From Perkinsus olseni (lineage: Eukaryota), in the NCBI GenBank assembly GCA_013115125.1, contig JABANN010000001.1, positions 1 through 64,000 on the forward strand: a DNA stretch of 64,000 nucleotides, written 5' to 3'. A model generated the notes under the pieces. That model saw only the letters and a program-made list of their open reading frames with translations, did no database searches and was not told the origin of the DNA. Below are positions 39,525 to 52,169 of this stretch, piece after piece (the first letter of the stretch is position 1; each line of letters begins with the position of its first letter). A program made the translations under genes and the position numbers.

Positions 39525-39643
39525 AGGGGAGGGCTCAGTCAAGGAACGGCCTATCAATTATTCGAGGAGAGTCATAGCTTTCTTTCCTTCTGCCCAAGCG
39601 CAAGAGCAGCAGTAAAAAGTATCCGAAACGATACCCATGGCAG

Positions 39644-40307
39644 TCACATATTGATGCTTCTGAAAAACTCCACAATCTTCCAAGTGTGTATCCCCCGAAC
39701 CTCCAGCGACCCGATGTGGAGACGAACCTGGACGCCGGCCGAAGTGACCGAGCCCACCCTTCTCGAGGAAATTACCGGGGCCTCGCAGATCTCCGACAGA
39801 TGACGGCGGCATTGGTTTATGTCTCCCCGAACGTGCCTCACAATCGTGTTGACCTGCGGACAGCTTTACGCTCTGGTCCACACAACACAATCAATACGAA
39901 GAGTGTGAGTTCAAAGTCCAACGCCGACAGCCGGCTCAGTCGGACTAGCACCGATGCATTCGTTCCAAGAGGGATGATTTTAGACAAGTTTAGTCAATCC
40001 GAACAAGGTAGGATATGTACCTCTCGGCCAGACTTCATGAACCGCTTGTAGACCGGATACCGCCCATTAACCGTCTTCAGAACCTAACAGCCATAACTAA
40101 CTGAGCCGAATGGCGCTGTGCACTGCTCACTTTATAGTCGATCCTCTCTCCACCAGGGGTTGGTGCCGACTCTCCCTCCTGCCCATCCTCCTTGATGTGC
40201 TCCACCCTCCTCTCGGGAACAGGATGGACGTATCGTACTGCTGACACCACTGGATGGCGAGAGGACGGCCTCGCTGCCAGCTGGCTGAGGCACCACCCTC
40301 GCAACAT
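39644..40307 (-). CDS. MRPL49: Mitochondrial ribosomal protein mL49 (Img2/MRPL49), multi-exon
   Basis: Presequence-like MLRGWCLSQLAARPSSR, then YKVLKTVNGRYPVYKRFMKSGRE|VNTIVRHVRGDI...GSLEVRGIHTWKIVEFFRSINM. Confidence 0.82.
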
Positions 40308-40558
40308 TATTGGATGAGACGATAGCTGCGCGCAGGGGCATGTGAACGCGTCTTCCCCTAGCGACGTCGCGTGCCTTGACGTATCCGAGAGGTACTGGCC
40401 CCTCACTGCAGCTCGGACGAATACACGACAGCTAGGGCGAAGCGTGAGTATCAGAGCCCCCCATCCAGCGGCGGGTCGGATGCGTGATGGAGCCCTCATC
40501 CACGACAACTCAAGACATCCGCAAACTCGAAACTTTCACCTCTTAACAGAGAATCGTG

Positions 40559-42384
40559 TTAGCTTTGAAATGAGCTGTTGTTGCTATTCGTCGATATTTG
40601 AGGAACCGGTGTGTTGTACTGTACGTAGCTTCTAAGCTCTATCATCTTGCCCTTGATCTCCTCGACCATCGGATGCCCGCTGCCGTGGGTGATGCTCAGG
40701 ATTCGGCACTAAAGGCAACGCACTAGTCATCACAAGGTCCTATGCCTGGTGCGCGAGAGAGCCCGTCCCGACCTACCGCCTTCGCAAAGTACGCTAGGGC
40801 TTCTCGCAGTGAACCTGAGGAAGGATTCGAAAGAAGGGCCAGGGTCATCTTCCAACTCACCATCGTCTAGTGAGAGGATCTTCGCCAGCATGTAAGCGTT
40901 GACGCCAAGGCAGACATCGTACTCTTGCCCGCCAGAAAGAGAAACCTGCGATCAAATTCCTTAGGAAAACATGCTTGAGAACCTTGTTATATTTTATAGG
41001 AAAGAGGCGACGGCTACGCAGTCTGCCAGCTGTCAGCACAACGTTATGGCGGATTCGAACCCAATTCGAGTCCACCACGGCGGGATGAGCTCACCCTAAG
41101 CTCATCGACGAGCCGTCCCGCCCTCGCCGCTTCCTTCCAATCTTGCTTCTGAACGCTAAGCCGCAGGTCTTCCTCTGCATAAACCAACTTCGGATAGGAG
41201 CTGTCCTCATCAGAAAGCGTTGGCCCTGAGAACCCAGCCGCTCATGGCATCCCCAGTTGGCACACATTGAAAATCTCACCTTCCCTCGAGCATCTTTCAC
41301 AGGAGCAATCAAACTTGTATTGGTCATGAAGCCGCTGCCGCCGCTTGGACGTCGGCGTTATGCATACGTCAACGTAGGATATGAACAGCTCGCCTCCTTG
41401 CGGTATGGATCGTATCGCTCGAAGTGTCCTGCGAAGGCAGAACGATTCAAGACTTGATGCTCAACAGTGAACCAGCCCTACACTGTAGAGCCTGAGAAGG
41501 TGAGAACAACATTCGGGGAGCAACTGTGGTTCATGGCGGAGACCTCTCGGTAGAACCCAAGTGCCACGTCCTGAGACCAAAAGCCTATCCTCGGTGAGCG
41601 AGTAAGAACGACCGACCTGCAGAGAGTCATTCGTGATCGTAACAGCGTTGTACCGCAAGACACGCAGGAGGTCCAGCATGATGGGGACAGGAGGGGAATC
41701 TGGTGACACTAATTGACCAGACGGGAGTGCTTGTAGTTTCGTTACCATTCAAATAGCGGCTAAGTAGGATTGCCGTGGAGCCTGAGTCTGCTTCTAGTGT
41801 ATCGTTAGCATCGGCGTGCCGACACATTTCGTCCAGACTACTCTGCACCTGCGAAGCGCTGAAAGTGGCTCGGGGCCCAGGCCAAAGGAAAACCGCACCG
41901 TCTCATCTTCCTCCGCGAGCCAGTGTAGTTTAGCAGCTGCAAGGAACGTGGTGAGAGGAGCTGAGGAGGCGTGGTCGGCAGGGAGTTTCTTTATCTGAAG
42001 CATCAATACTATCATGAGAGCGGCGTTGGGCGGTCGTACCAGTTGGCACTCCCGCTTGTGGGTCCCCAGCTTATAAGCGGCCTTCGCACACCCCTTGCTG
42101 CAGTAGACAGCATACCGACAGCCACTGCATTGGTAGTACTTAGACGCTGAGCGAGACAAGACGCATCGATTATTCCTGCTAGAATATCGACTATACTTAC
42201 CATCAGTGGTCAAGCACCAGTGGCAGCAGGCCTTAGCCATGGCTGGTGTGACGGAGTAGACGAGAGGCTTGTAAGTGGCGATCAGGTCACCCGGAATGTA
42301 GTGAACGGCGTCATCAGCGAACAAGCCTCGGCCGCCAACCGAGCTCGACTTTATGCTGGGAGTTGGTGAGCTCCTCTTGGACAT
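40559..42384 (-). CDS. SET and MYND domain lysine methyltransferase (SMYD family), multi-exon
   Basis: GGRGLFA (S-sequence), CHWC...CSGCRYAVYCSKGC...HKREC (MYND), AMNHSCSPN (SET), YVD...YKFDCSCERC (post-SET) and C-terminal ITHGSGHP. Confidence 0.92.
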
Positions 42385-43495
42385 GCTAGGAACGAACTAG
42401 CACTGCAATGATCTAATAAGGTTGAGGTACGCGGGAGAATTGACCCGCACGCAACGAGTTCTACTCAGCCTTGCTCTCGCAACCTTCGAACTCAACGACA
42501 TGAAAGAGGGGATGTACAGAAAACAGACTAGCCTCAAACATGATAAGCCGATGGCTCATGTTACCAGGTAGCAGTTACCTCTTTCCTCAGGCAATCGTCA
42601 GGCCCACGATTGCCTCGAGACTAAGTACTTACTCGACCCCCTAGTATTGTTCGTATACTTCTCGTCGTCGGTTCCCTACAGTGTGGAACCGCCTGTGGCT
42701 TTGAAAATGTCGACCACTGGAAAGGCGTATGATGGCAAATCCCTGATCAACACAGCAAGTAATTGCAAGCATATTGCCATAATTTCAATAAAAAACATAC
42801 GAACCCCCATTCGGGAGATCCACACAGCAACTCTTTCGAAGCAACTAGTTACTAGTTGTCCAACAAGAACTACACAACTTAACTTTCTCTATGTACTGAT
42901 ACCGTTCTACGCAGCGTTCTACCATGTACATCTCAGTTTCCCCATCGAAGACCACTTGAAGTCCTTTAAGGGAAGGAAGATCTTCCTCGGAACCGTACAG
43001 GAAACAACCTCAGCGGAGTTTTGGCCGTCGTGGGACATGCCAATACATCCGAGATAGAACAGCGCGTAAAACTCTCAGAATCACAGTCATAATCTGAATC
43101 ACAGAATGAATCCTCCTCTCCGCCAATATCGCGTCGCGACAGCGCGTATGGCTTCTCTGACGAAGCCCCTCGAATCGGGAATCGTCTCCGGCTTGTTACG
43201 CTCCAATGCTTTGCCACAAAACGGTTTAAAGCGCTCCTTGTCCTTCCGGAAGTACATCGCCGATATGCATTCCATCGGGTACCCTATCTCGCGGGCCGGG
43301 GATAGTGCAGGAGTCTACGACCAATGTACAGCCATTGGCTGTCAGCCAACTCTTAAAAACCTTAGTGGAGAACATCGCCTTTGCAAATGTTTCCTCCCTC
43401 AGCCACAGGGAGGAAACCTTCAGAGAGGCGGGGCCGAAGGGCAGAGGCATCTGAGGGCCTCAGCTCCTTCGGCCATTCACCCTTGAGTAGCTGAG

Positions 43496-43599
43496 GACGC
43501 CGTACTCGTGCTCGATCACTGACAAAAGGAGATGAACAAACATCTTAGACGCCGTACTCGTGCTCGACCACTGAAAATAGGAGTTAGACAGATATCTTA
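43496..43599 (+). repeat. Tandem ~52-bp repeat (two clear units) running into the gap
   Basis: gacgccgtactcgtgctcga(t/c)cactga...atctta repeated at 43496 and 43548. Confidence 0.8.
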
Positions 43600-43900
43600 G
43601 GGCCTAATAGTCCGGGGCCTGGCCCCGGACTGGTGGGGGGGGGGGGGGGTGGGGGGCGGGGGGGGGGGGGGAGCAGTTTGTGAGATGTGGGGACGGGGCG
43701 CGCCGGGGGGGGCGGGCGGGGGGGGGCAGGAGAGGGGGGTGGGTTGTTTGNNNNNNNNNNAATCAAAAAAATTTTTCCCCGCCTAACTGGTGCTCTACCA
43801 TTAAAATTTGTTTTTACACATATATCTTGGGCCAAATTCGCCGGGGGCGGGCCCCGGTAGTGGTGCTGCACAATTTTGGCCCAGCACGAGTCTCTTGAAC
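43600..43900. other. Assembly gap (N10 at 43751-43760) with low-quality G-rich flanks
   Basis: Ns flanked by long G homopolymers and noisy A/T/G/C runs typical of degraded read ends. Confidence 0.85.
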
Positions 43901-45047
43901 TTCTTTGAAGCAAGTTCAACCACGGGCCTCGAGCAGAGGCTTCAAACTCGACTCTACATTCTTGGTCTTGAAACTTGGCCCCAAATTAACAGGCAATAAG
44001 GGGGCTAGTCCTCGACCCTAAAATATACGCCCCTCAATATCATCGACCGCATCGACGCACCAGACCCCGTCCCGCACTCAAATAGCGCGTCCCAGCAGCC
44101 GGGACGGTACCAATTTGCTTTAGGAGTCGCTTTCGGAGGCATTATGCAAATGAGAACTTGCGAGAGCAACCGAGAGACACTTCCACGGAAACAAGCCGCC
44201 TCTGATATGATAGGAGAGCGTCACACGGTTCGTCGAAAAGGGTGCTGACGACGCCGGAAGGCGGCATGTCAACGGGGAAGGTAACCTTCCGAAGGTTTTT
44301 CTCTGAAATCTGAGGCGCCGGATCGATTCAATTGCAAAGGAAGCAGTTGGCTACACGTCGGACTCCCGGGTTCCTACCTCGGAATCCGAGGATACCGAAA
44401 CACGGTAGAGAGACGTAGCTAACCTTCTGAATAATCAGCTTGTCGTCTTCGAGCTTACCTGCCAACCCTCTCATACTGAGCAACGTCCCATTGATGCATG
44501 GCAGGCGAACTTACGAGCAAGCCGGACTAGTAATAGTATAACGGTTATACTCGGCGCGCCTCAGCAACAGTTATATTATAACTGTAATACCGAAAAGCCG
44601 CCAGGCACGCCGAGCCCGTGGTGAAATAAGTAGAGGTCACGACAACCTGGCAGCCAGTCGCCTCGCCACTAGCTGAGGCTGAGAAGGAAACGACGCCGAG
44701 GAAACTGGAGTGAAGGACTATCATAACAACTCAGTATGACATTTCCGACTAGTTCCAGTGAAGATTCTATACCCATCCAGAAACCATGCATGGGAACCAG
44801 CAGCCTAAGCGGCGGATAATCGTAAATCACTATCAGTGTATACGGCGGGATCTGTTATAATATGCCTGCGGCATTTTAGAACCCATTGAACTGTGTAACG
44901 CGACCATGCAGGTACCCGCTGACGTGATTACATATCTGCTATACTGGTATGCTATATCTGGTATGCTGATACTGATAACAGCTCACATGCGTGAACATGA
45001 CGGAATCCAAACCTCACTATCCCGAGGGTAACATGCGAAAGCATTCT

Positions 45048-47975
45048 TCAAACGATGAGCATTTTGAGACCAATGCCAGTGGGAGAACTGTCTGAAGCCG
45101 TGCTACGGTACATGAAGTCGTTAATAAGCAAAAGAGCAGCCTCAGGGGCATCTTGAGGTACCATATGGCTGGCGTTTACGACCTGAAGCCAGATTTCGCT
45201 TCGAAACTGCGACTGAGAAAAGAGCGACCCCGTACCCTGGCGAAGGTGAGACCACCAAGACCGCCTAGCCTTTCAACAGTGCGCACCGTGGCACCAAGCT
45301 TGGACGACGGCAGCTGAATGACAGACGATCGCCGGCTGAATAAGCACAGAGGGATGTTGACCCACCTTGAACGGGCTCTCAGTCGCGCTGGCGAACCTCG
45401 ATTTTCCTGGCCAGTCGAGCTGTTCGGCTGTCTCTAGAACGCTGAGCCAGTTGCACAGGAAATCCTGATCCCCAGCATAAAGCAGCACCTGCGATAAGGG
45501 AGGCAACCTGCTGAAGCTGTAGCACCCAAAAACGGGCTCCTCAGACCACTGAACAGACTTAGGACTGCCCGAGGGATACCCTCATGCTACAGACGAAAGA
45601 AAAAGGAGCAGGAAACTCGGAAGCTAGGGTTGGATGCTAAGACAACAACTCATCCTCCAGCCACTACACTAATTCCGTCGGCCAACAGCCGTGCCAGCTG
45701 CTTTTCCGCAGACGTCGAGAAGAGTTCTCGGATATGAAATGCCGCTGTGACCTGAATTCAAAATGGTCACCTGCCTTCCCTCACTACAGATGAACTCCAT
45801 TCTGCCCCTGCAGATGTGTGACACGGACGCTGCGCACAGCGATGAAGATCTATTCCCTGTGCATCGCGTCAAAGGACGTGCAGCGGCAGCCCCCGAACTT
45901 CGCATACAATGCTACATTCTCGTTTGATGATTTCCACCCTATATGAGTTCCAATTGCCCTCTGCACAGTGTGGTTATTGAAATACGCACGAATCTGAGAA
46001 GAAAAAAACTGAGAGATTGGAATCCAATCAGTAACCGGTCTTACCGGTCGGTCATCTAAGCAGTCTGGGAAAGGACCGCACTTGACCCTCAAGTCGTATC
46101 TGTCAAGAAAGGATAGCAGATACATATCAGCAGAAATCTTCCGGTAGCAACTTTCTACTGAAAACTACCCCAGCTACACTTTCAAAAGCTACCCTATTAC
46201 ATGCTCCACTTGGCATTACTAATGGGGTCAATGAGCTTCCTGGAACATCTGTCGTACAAAGCCTGGCAGCTTAAACGGCCTAAAAAGAGGTTCGTATTCA
46301 TACATCGGTATCTCGCCGCCATTCCCACCAGTCAAGCAGGACGATGTCTCCTTCACACAGTCCTCCGCTGCCGCCACCATACTGTTGTACCTGAGTTACT
46401 GTTGATGCCACTTCAACGAAGGAGGCTGGTACTACTACGCAGCTGAGACCCTGCGTGGCGCGGTGCCGCTCTCGTAAGCCATTCGAGGGTACGACCGCCA
46501 CCTAGGGAGGTACAGGGAGACAATCAGTACAGAGGATTCCATCTCGATAAAGCAGTTCTCACGAGGCGAGCCCATCGTAAGCAGATGAAGCAATGCGAAG
46601 GAAGTACTCGTTCCGACTTACACCCTATCTGAGCTGAAGTAGCCGTTCCCGATAGCAATCCCAACAATGTCAATCACGGGCTTAGCTCCAGCCCTCTCGT
46701 CGCTCCTTATCCTCATAACTGTCTCGGGGATGAACTGACCTGTGGGATGGAAGCTCTTAACGCACTATCATTCAATCGGATGCCTGTCGTTAACTTGCCA
46801 TGGTTGTGAGCGGCGAGCCCAGGTGCTAGCGGAAACTACGGAAGCTTACCCGCATAGGATTCGCCAGCTAAGAATACCCTCCGATTGTACTGCGGATACT
46901 TTGCAAAAAACGCATGTAAGAATTGCGACCTACAAGGCAAGTTGATGCGCCGCCAAAAACACCTGAGTTAAGGCCTACAGCAGCTCTCCGGCCCTCTTTG
47001 TGGAGCTTATCAGCGGCCCAGTGCTGAAGCCCGTGCCAGCGGGCTGATCTATCCATATACCATTCGCCTTGGACGTCCAAGAATGCCTAATGATATGCAT
47101 ACTGGCGGAGTTCGAGATTCGCCCAAAACATAGTTCTCATCGCTACGCCCAGCGGTGGATACGATTGACTTCCTGATCTTCGGTGACCCGCACCACACGG
47201 GTCATACCAATAGCAGCGCCTCCCCTATTACGAATTAATTTCCGTTTTTTTGCCACCATTGGCGACACGACAGGGGCCGTTTTCGAGTACCATCCCTGCC
47301 ATGCTGCTGAAGCCCGGGCCACCATTTATCCAGACAATCATCGGATCGGTCTCAGGCGAGTGTCTCGACTCGAAGAACATAAAAAAGTACCTGCCCGGGA
47401 TCGAACCTGCGACCACACTGCGGATATCACTGTTCTGCTACCGTGTGGTATGTTTCTTCAAAGTGATATATCCAGATATTTGCCGGACGTTCGGATCGCA
47501 TGGACCTCCGCTGCTGCTCTCTCGGACATCGAAGACGTAAGGGGAGCTCGAGCGGCCTGCAAAGAAACACATCAAAAACCAGGCCCGCCGATTAGGAGGA
47601 AACCCTACTTCACCCACAAGGAAGAGCCAGCGAGTTGACACACGGCTCCATAGACTCGGCAAGCACTCATAAAGTACAAGTCAGAAACAGCAGTGGCACC
47701 GTCGGTCTCCACGGTAGGAAAGTAGAGTGGGCGGTCCAAATCCATGGCGATGTAGATGTCGAGGGGCTCCCAGTAACAATGCTATGGGCTACTAATACTC
47801 ACGCTATCCTCGCAGCTCTCGATTCAAGAATTATCGATTGCCAAGGTAATGGGGACGATACCAGTGTACTACCTTGCACAGGGCCCAAATAGCCATCCGT
47901 GTCCAGGGAAAGGCGACGACCGAGGGCTGCACCGACATAGAGAAGAGTCGCCAGGAGACCAGGAGGCCTCCCCAT
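45048..47975 (-). CDS. Serine carboxypeptidase, peptidase family S10, secreted, multi-exon
   Basis: Signal-like MGRPPGLLATLLYVGAALG, YFFMFFESR..PETDPMIVWINGGPGFSS..G...ENGP, DQPVGTGFS-type motif, catalytic GESYAG, VLLYAGDQDFLCN and NASHMVPQDAP. Confidence 0.93.
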
Positions 47976-48179
47976 AAGTGAAAAATAAGGGGCCTGCCAA
48001 GGCAGCACTCAGTCACATGGGCCCCGGAGGAGTTGCTAGATCGCTGGCACGAAGAAGCCACCAAACCCACAGTTGACACAACACCCTGGGAGATGGCCAA
48101 TAGGCTGCAATGAAGAACTAAAGTGTGCAATCAGCATGCAACGTGGGATTGAGGCAACTTGGACATGCACAATACTCAA

Positions 48180-51100
48180 CTACAGGGACTTAGCATAGTA
48201 CCTGCGCAGCCTCCTCGGGATCTTCCACGCCTTCATAAACGACCCAAAGCGTCCCCGATGAACCACAGCAGGCTGCTCAGCCCCGATGTCAGCAAACTCA
48301 ATCTCCTCTTCCTCGTCATTCCAGGTGTTCCTCGTCACCTCCTCCTCTAGAGTGTCATCACCCTTGTGACTATCAAACTCCTTCAACAGCTTCGCAGGTG
48401 CCGTAGTGGCAGCCTTCCCCACCTCCTTGAAAGTCCTGTCGAAATCCACTATCGTCCGACCATGACTGACCCATAGACGGCAATGCAACCAGAAGCAAGC
48501 TGCATAAAAATGGGCCAACACCTTCATCACCGTCCCTTCCTCGTTACACCGCCGGCTAAGTGCTCCCGACCGGAAGATATCCATCGCCAGCTTAGTGTAC
48601 TTTATCGAGGCGCAGGCAAAGGGAAAATCTGCGCCTGCCCGCAGCGACGCTTCGTACATGGCAAGGCTGAGCATAGGGGCAGTGTCGCAGAGGTAGAGCA
48701 TGTGAATGAGATTGAGGACACCACCGAAGCGATTGAGGTCAGTGGCGGGATTGGTGCCTTGGAAGCCTATGACCGTCCAATGCTCTCCAAGAGCCTCACA
48801 GTCATAATGCGACCCCGTCAGTCTGCGCCATAAAGTCTGTATGACCCTTCTGTGCATCTCGAAGTCACTCGGGTTGTAGTGGGCTCGAGTAAGGCACAGT
48901 AGCAAGTCCCTCTCCTCCGCTAAGTCCTTCGCGATGCCCGGTGCGGGATGACCCACGGCTGAGCTATCAAACCCCATGGCGGTGGTGCAGCAGGTGAAGC
49001 CAGCGACGATCGATCGGTGAGCCGGCAGAGGCATCATGTAGCCATCAAGGACTTCTGATAGGACCTCCGGTGTGACTATCAAGTCCTTATTACTCCTAGC
49101 CCAATCGAAGGCCTCCTTCGACGTGACAGCAGCGACAGGTTGGACCTGAATGACGGGCTGCGGCAGAAGCCGAGGCGGCATCGACCTAGCTCCAGTCCCT
49201 ACTCCCTCCTGGGCTGCCTTGTCCGCGTCCATTCTCCGCTTTGTCTCAGCTTCGGCCGATCGCCACATCTCCTCCACGTTCGCATCATCTTCGACAATCA
49301 CCTCGTCCAACACAGGGATAACCAAGTCATCAGAGATGGGCTCCTCGGCACCGCGCTGTGAGCCCTCCTGAAGGGGAATTCTCGTGAACTCACCGGTTCA
49401 CGAGCCCAACCCACCTCAGAGCCATTCTCCTCCTCGTCTGCAGTAGACCTGAGAGCAACCTCCGACCCAGTAGGCTGCCCGCGACCTTACTTCTTGCCCA
49501 CAGCATACTTATCAAGCACGCCCCGCAACGCTGAGCTTCTGTCCTTCTCCTGATCCGTTGAACGCTGAGGGTACATCCCTCGGCGTTCCATAGCCGTCGA
49601 CTGAAGCACTGCCACTGATGCCTCAACCGGGCCGTCATTGCCATCAGACGAGTCGTCGATTGCCATCCCCTTCCCATCATTAGACTCAGGCTCGCTTGAA
49701 TCGTCTGCGGCTGCCACCGTCGCTGCCCCCTCGTCGCCGTCAAGAACCTCCCAGGTATCCGCAAACTCATCACGATCTCCTCCCGCCACGGTAGCCTCTA
49801 GCCACTCAGCTGCCTCCGACACAGGCTCCAGGGGGCCTGAGAGAGGCACTACCAGGTGCCATACCCTCCCCCATGTGACCACTACCGCTGCTTCTGCCAC
49901 CGCTCAAGAAAGCATCTCTACAGGCAACTAAATCCACCGTTGCTGCCTCTCGGCACGAATCAACAGGGGCATCGCGGAACGCTGAAGGCACCTGGCAGAG
50001 GAACTACAACGGGCTGCCGGTGCAGGGGGACGCGGCGGTACCCGCATGCTGGCAGTAGTAGAGGCACTAGCCCCCTCCACAACATCCCGGCAGCCCTCTC
50101 CGTCAGAGGTCTTCTTCGCAGCAACATCCAACAAGCATACCTAGACGGACAAGTGAGCTATGACCTGAACCCTCGGCTGCTGTACCTCATCAGGGTCGTC
50201 GTATTTATCAACATAGCTGGTTGGGAAGTAGCCAGCAGCAGCAGCTGTGCCCATATCTATATAAAGACTCGTTCAATCGCTGCTGGAAACCCTCTCACAA
50301 TGGCGACGAGGGACCACTACGGGCAGTGGGCACCTTCGGAGCACTCGGACCTACCCCTAGCGTCAGAGGCCAGCTGTATGACTCTGCCATAGGACCACCC
50401 CATCTGGTCGCCAATGAGCACCTGCAGGGGCCCTACTATCCATACAGACCACCTCCTAACCTACCTTGATGATGTCCCCAGTCTGGAAGCGCAGCGGCGG
50501 GCTGTCACCACACGGCCAGGATGAGCTCACGGGTGGGTCGAAGGCAAAGGTCGCCTTTACGAACTGAAGTGAGGACAACAGGGTGCCCCTTCGCCGCGCC
50601 CCGTAGCGTTACCCGACTAATGGGAGGAGCTGGGGGAGGCCTCGAGGGTGGCGGAGGAGCTTCCACGCTTTCCTCCTCCTCGGCCACTGAAGCCTCCGAA
50701 GCTCCACTGCTATCGGTGAAGTCCACCTCCACCTTCTCGTCGAGCTGAGGTCTTTCTGACACCTCTAGCTGCGCTGCAGCCGCACCCAAATCCTCATCAG
50801 CAGCACTCGTCTGTGAAGCTTCGCTCGAGGAAGAGGACCGCAAGTCATCCGACTCGGGGCTGTTAGACAGACTCCCCTGGTCATCATCAATATCACCCAG
50901 AGCAGCTAGAGAGCGGCTAGTGAGCTGTTGAACATATAAAGCCGCCGCCTCGGAGGTATCGTAGGGCTCAGGCTGCGGGTCGATACGCTGTAGAGCCAGC
51001 TTGACCAGTGAGGAGTTGTAGGATACTATGCTGTCCCGTTTCACGACGGGAGGGCTGTGCTCAAGAGGGGACGAGATGCAGTCGAGGAGTTCACCCAACT

Positions 51101-51487
51101 CCAGATCGGAGGCGTCCGCGGCAGACGGGCACTCTGGGGCTCCAACGGCAGGAGGACCGTCAAGAAGCCTTCCTTCGACCTAACAGACATCATCACCCTG
51201 TCCGGCTTAGGCCATAGTAGCTCGTGGCCCTACAGTGTGAAGGTTCTCGGGGTCCTCGGAACGGCCAGAAGAAGGTGGTTTCTACAACAGGATGATATAC
51301 CAGGATGACCGGGACGCCGCCCTTCAGGACCTTACCACATCAACGAAGCTGTGCCACCTACCGCCATCGATAGCCTCGTCGCCACTAGCACCTGCTGATG
51401 AAAAGTGGTAGAGCCGTCCCCGAGCGAGAACATGCTCCCACCTCCCCTCGGTCCAATAGCATCATAGACGTCTTCAGATTCCGACAT
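48180..51487 (-). CDS. SH3-domain + ELMO/CED-12-domain protein (ELMOD-like), multi-exon
   Basis: ELMO: HWTVIGFQGTNPATDLNRFGGVLNL...FPFACASI. SH3: ATFAFDP...PLRFQTGDIIK|VLIGDQMGWSYGRV...GYFPTSYV. The intervening exons join in phase through GT-AG introns. Confidence 0.82.
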
Positions 51488-51652
51488 GGTAGTGAGCAGC
51501 ACTTCGACAACTACAAGGCTCCGGGAGGGTAACAAACGCAACCGTCACAGACAGGATGACCTCAGAAAAGCTTTACAATACTATGCCAGGGCTCCTCCTC
51601 TTCTTGCTACTTCTTGCCGAGGTCGGTCTTGTTGAGGACGTTACCAAGGGGT

Positions 51653-52169
51653 CTAGAACCTTCCCTTGCCCTTACCCTTACCCTTGCCACCTTTACCCTT
51701 GGCACCAGGAGCGTTCAGGCTTCCCCAGCCAGAACCTGCAACAACAGCAGCATCATCCAGCTTCCCACCGAGTCCCCCCTCTACTACCAGCGCCCTGTCT
51801 CCTAGGCTTGAACATAGGGGCATACCGGAGGTTGTCCGGGACGACAATATAACGAATCTTAGAACCGCGGATGTAGGCCTGAGAACCACCGTCAGCAGAC
51901 TTCCCCATTACAGCCATTGAAAAGCTACCTGCTCCAGACTAGTCTGCTTGCCATCCTTCCTCGTCACTACCACCTCCGCAATAAGAAGGTTCATATTATC
52001 CTCGGTATGGATGAGATGGCCCCTGACGACCAACGCAGAGTGCCTCCGCTACTACCCCTACCACCCTGGGCTATTGCTACCTATATAGCTCGCCTGTTTG
52101 CATCTCCACAGTGACCGTATGGCCGACAGACTCGTGGAGCAACTTGATGGGGATACCGACAGCAGCCAT
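51653..52169 (-). CDS. SNRPD3: Small nuclear ribonucleoprotein Sm D3, four exons
   Basis: [41 protein letters not shown]...LEQ|AYIRGSKIRYIVVPDNLRYAPMFK. Confidence 0.95.

Noticed and set aside
43496-43599. CRISPR-like repeat-spacer array
   Set aside because: Only two units, the 'spacers' are similar to each other, there are no cas genes, and the context is eukaryotic.
43584-43999. Pro/Gly-rich ORFs and G-quadruplex-like G runs
   Set aside because: They span the N gap and low-quality read ends, so they are probably artefactual.
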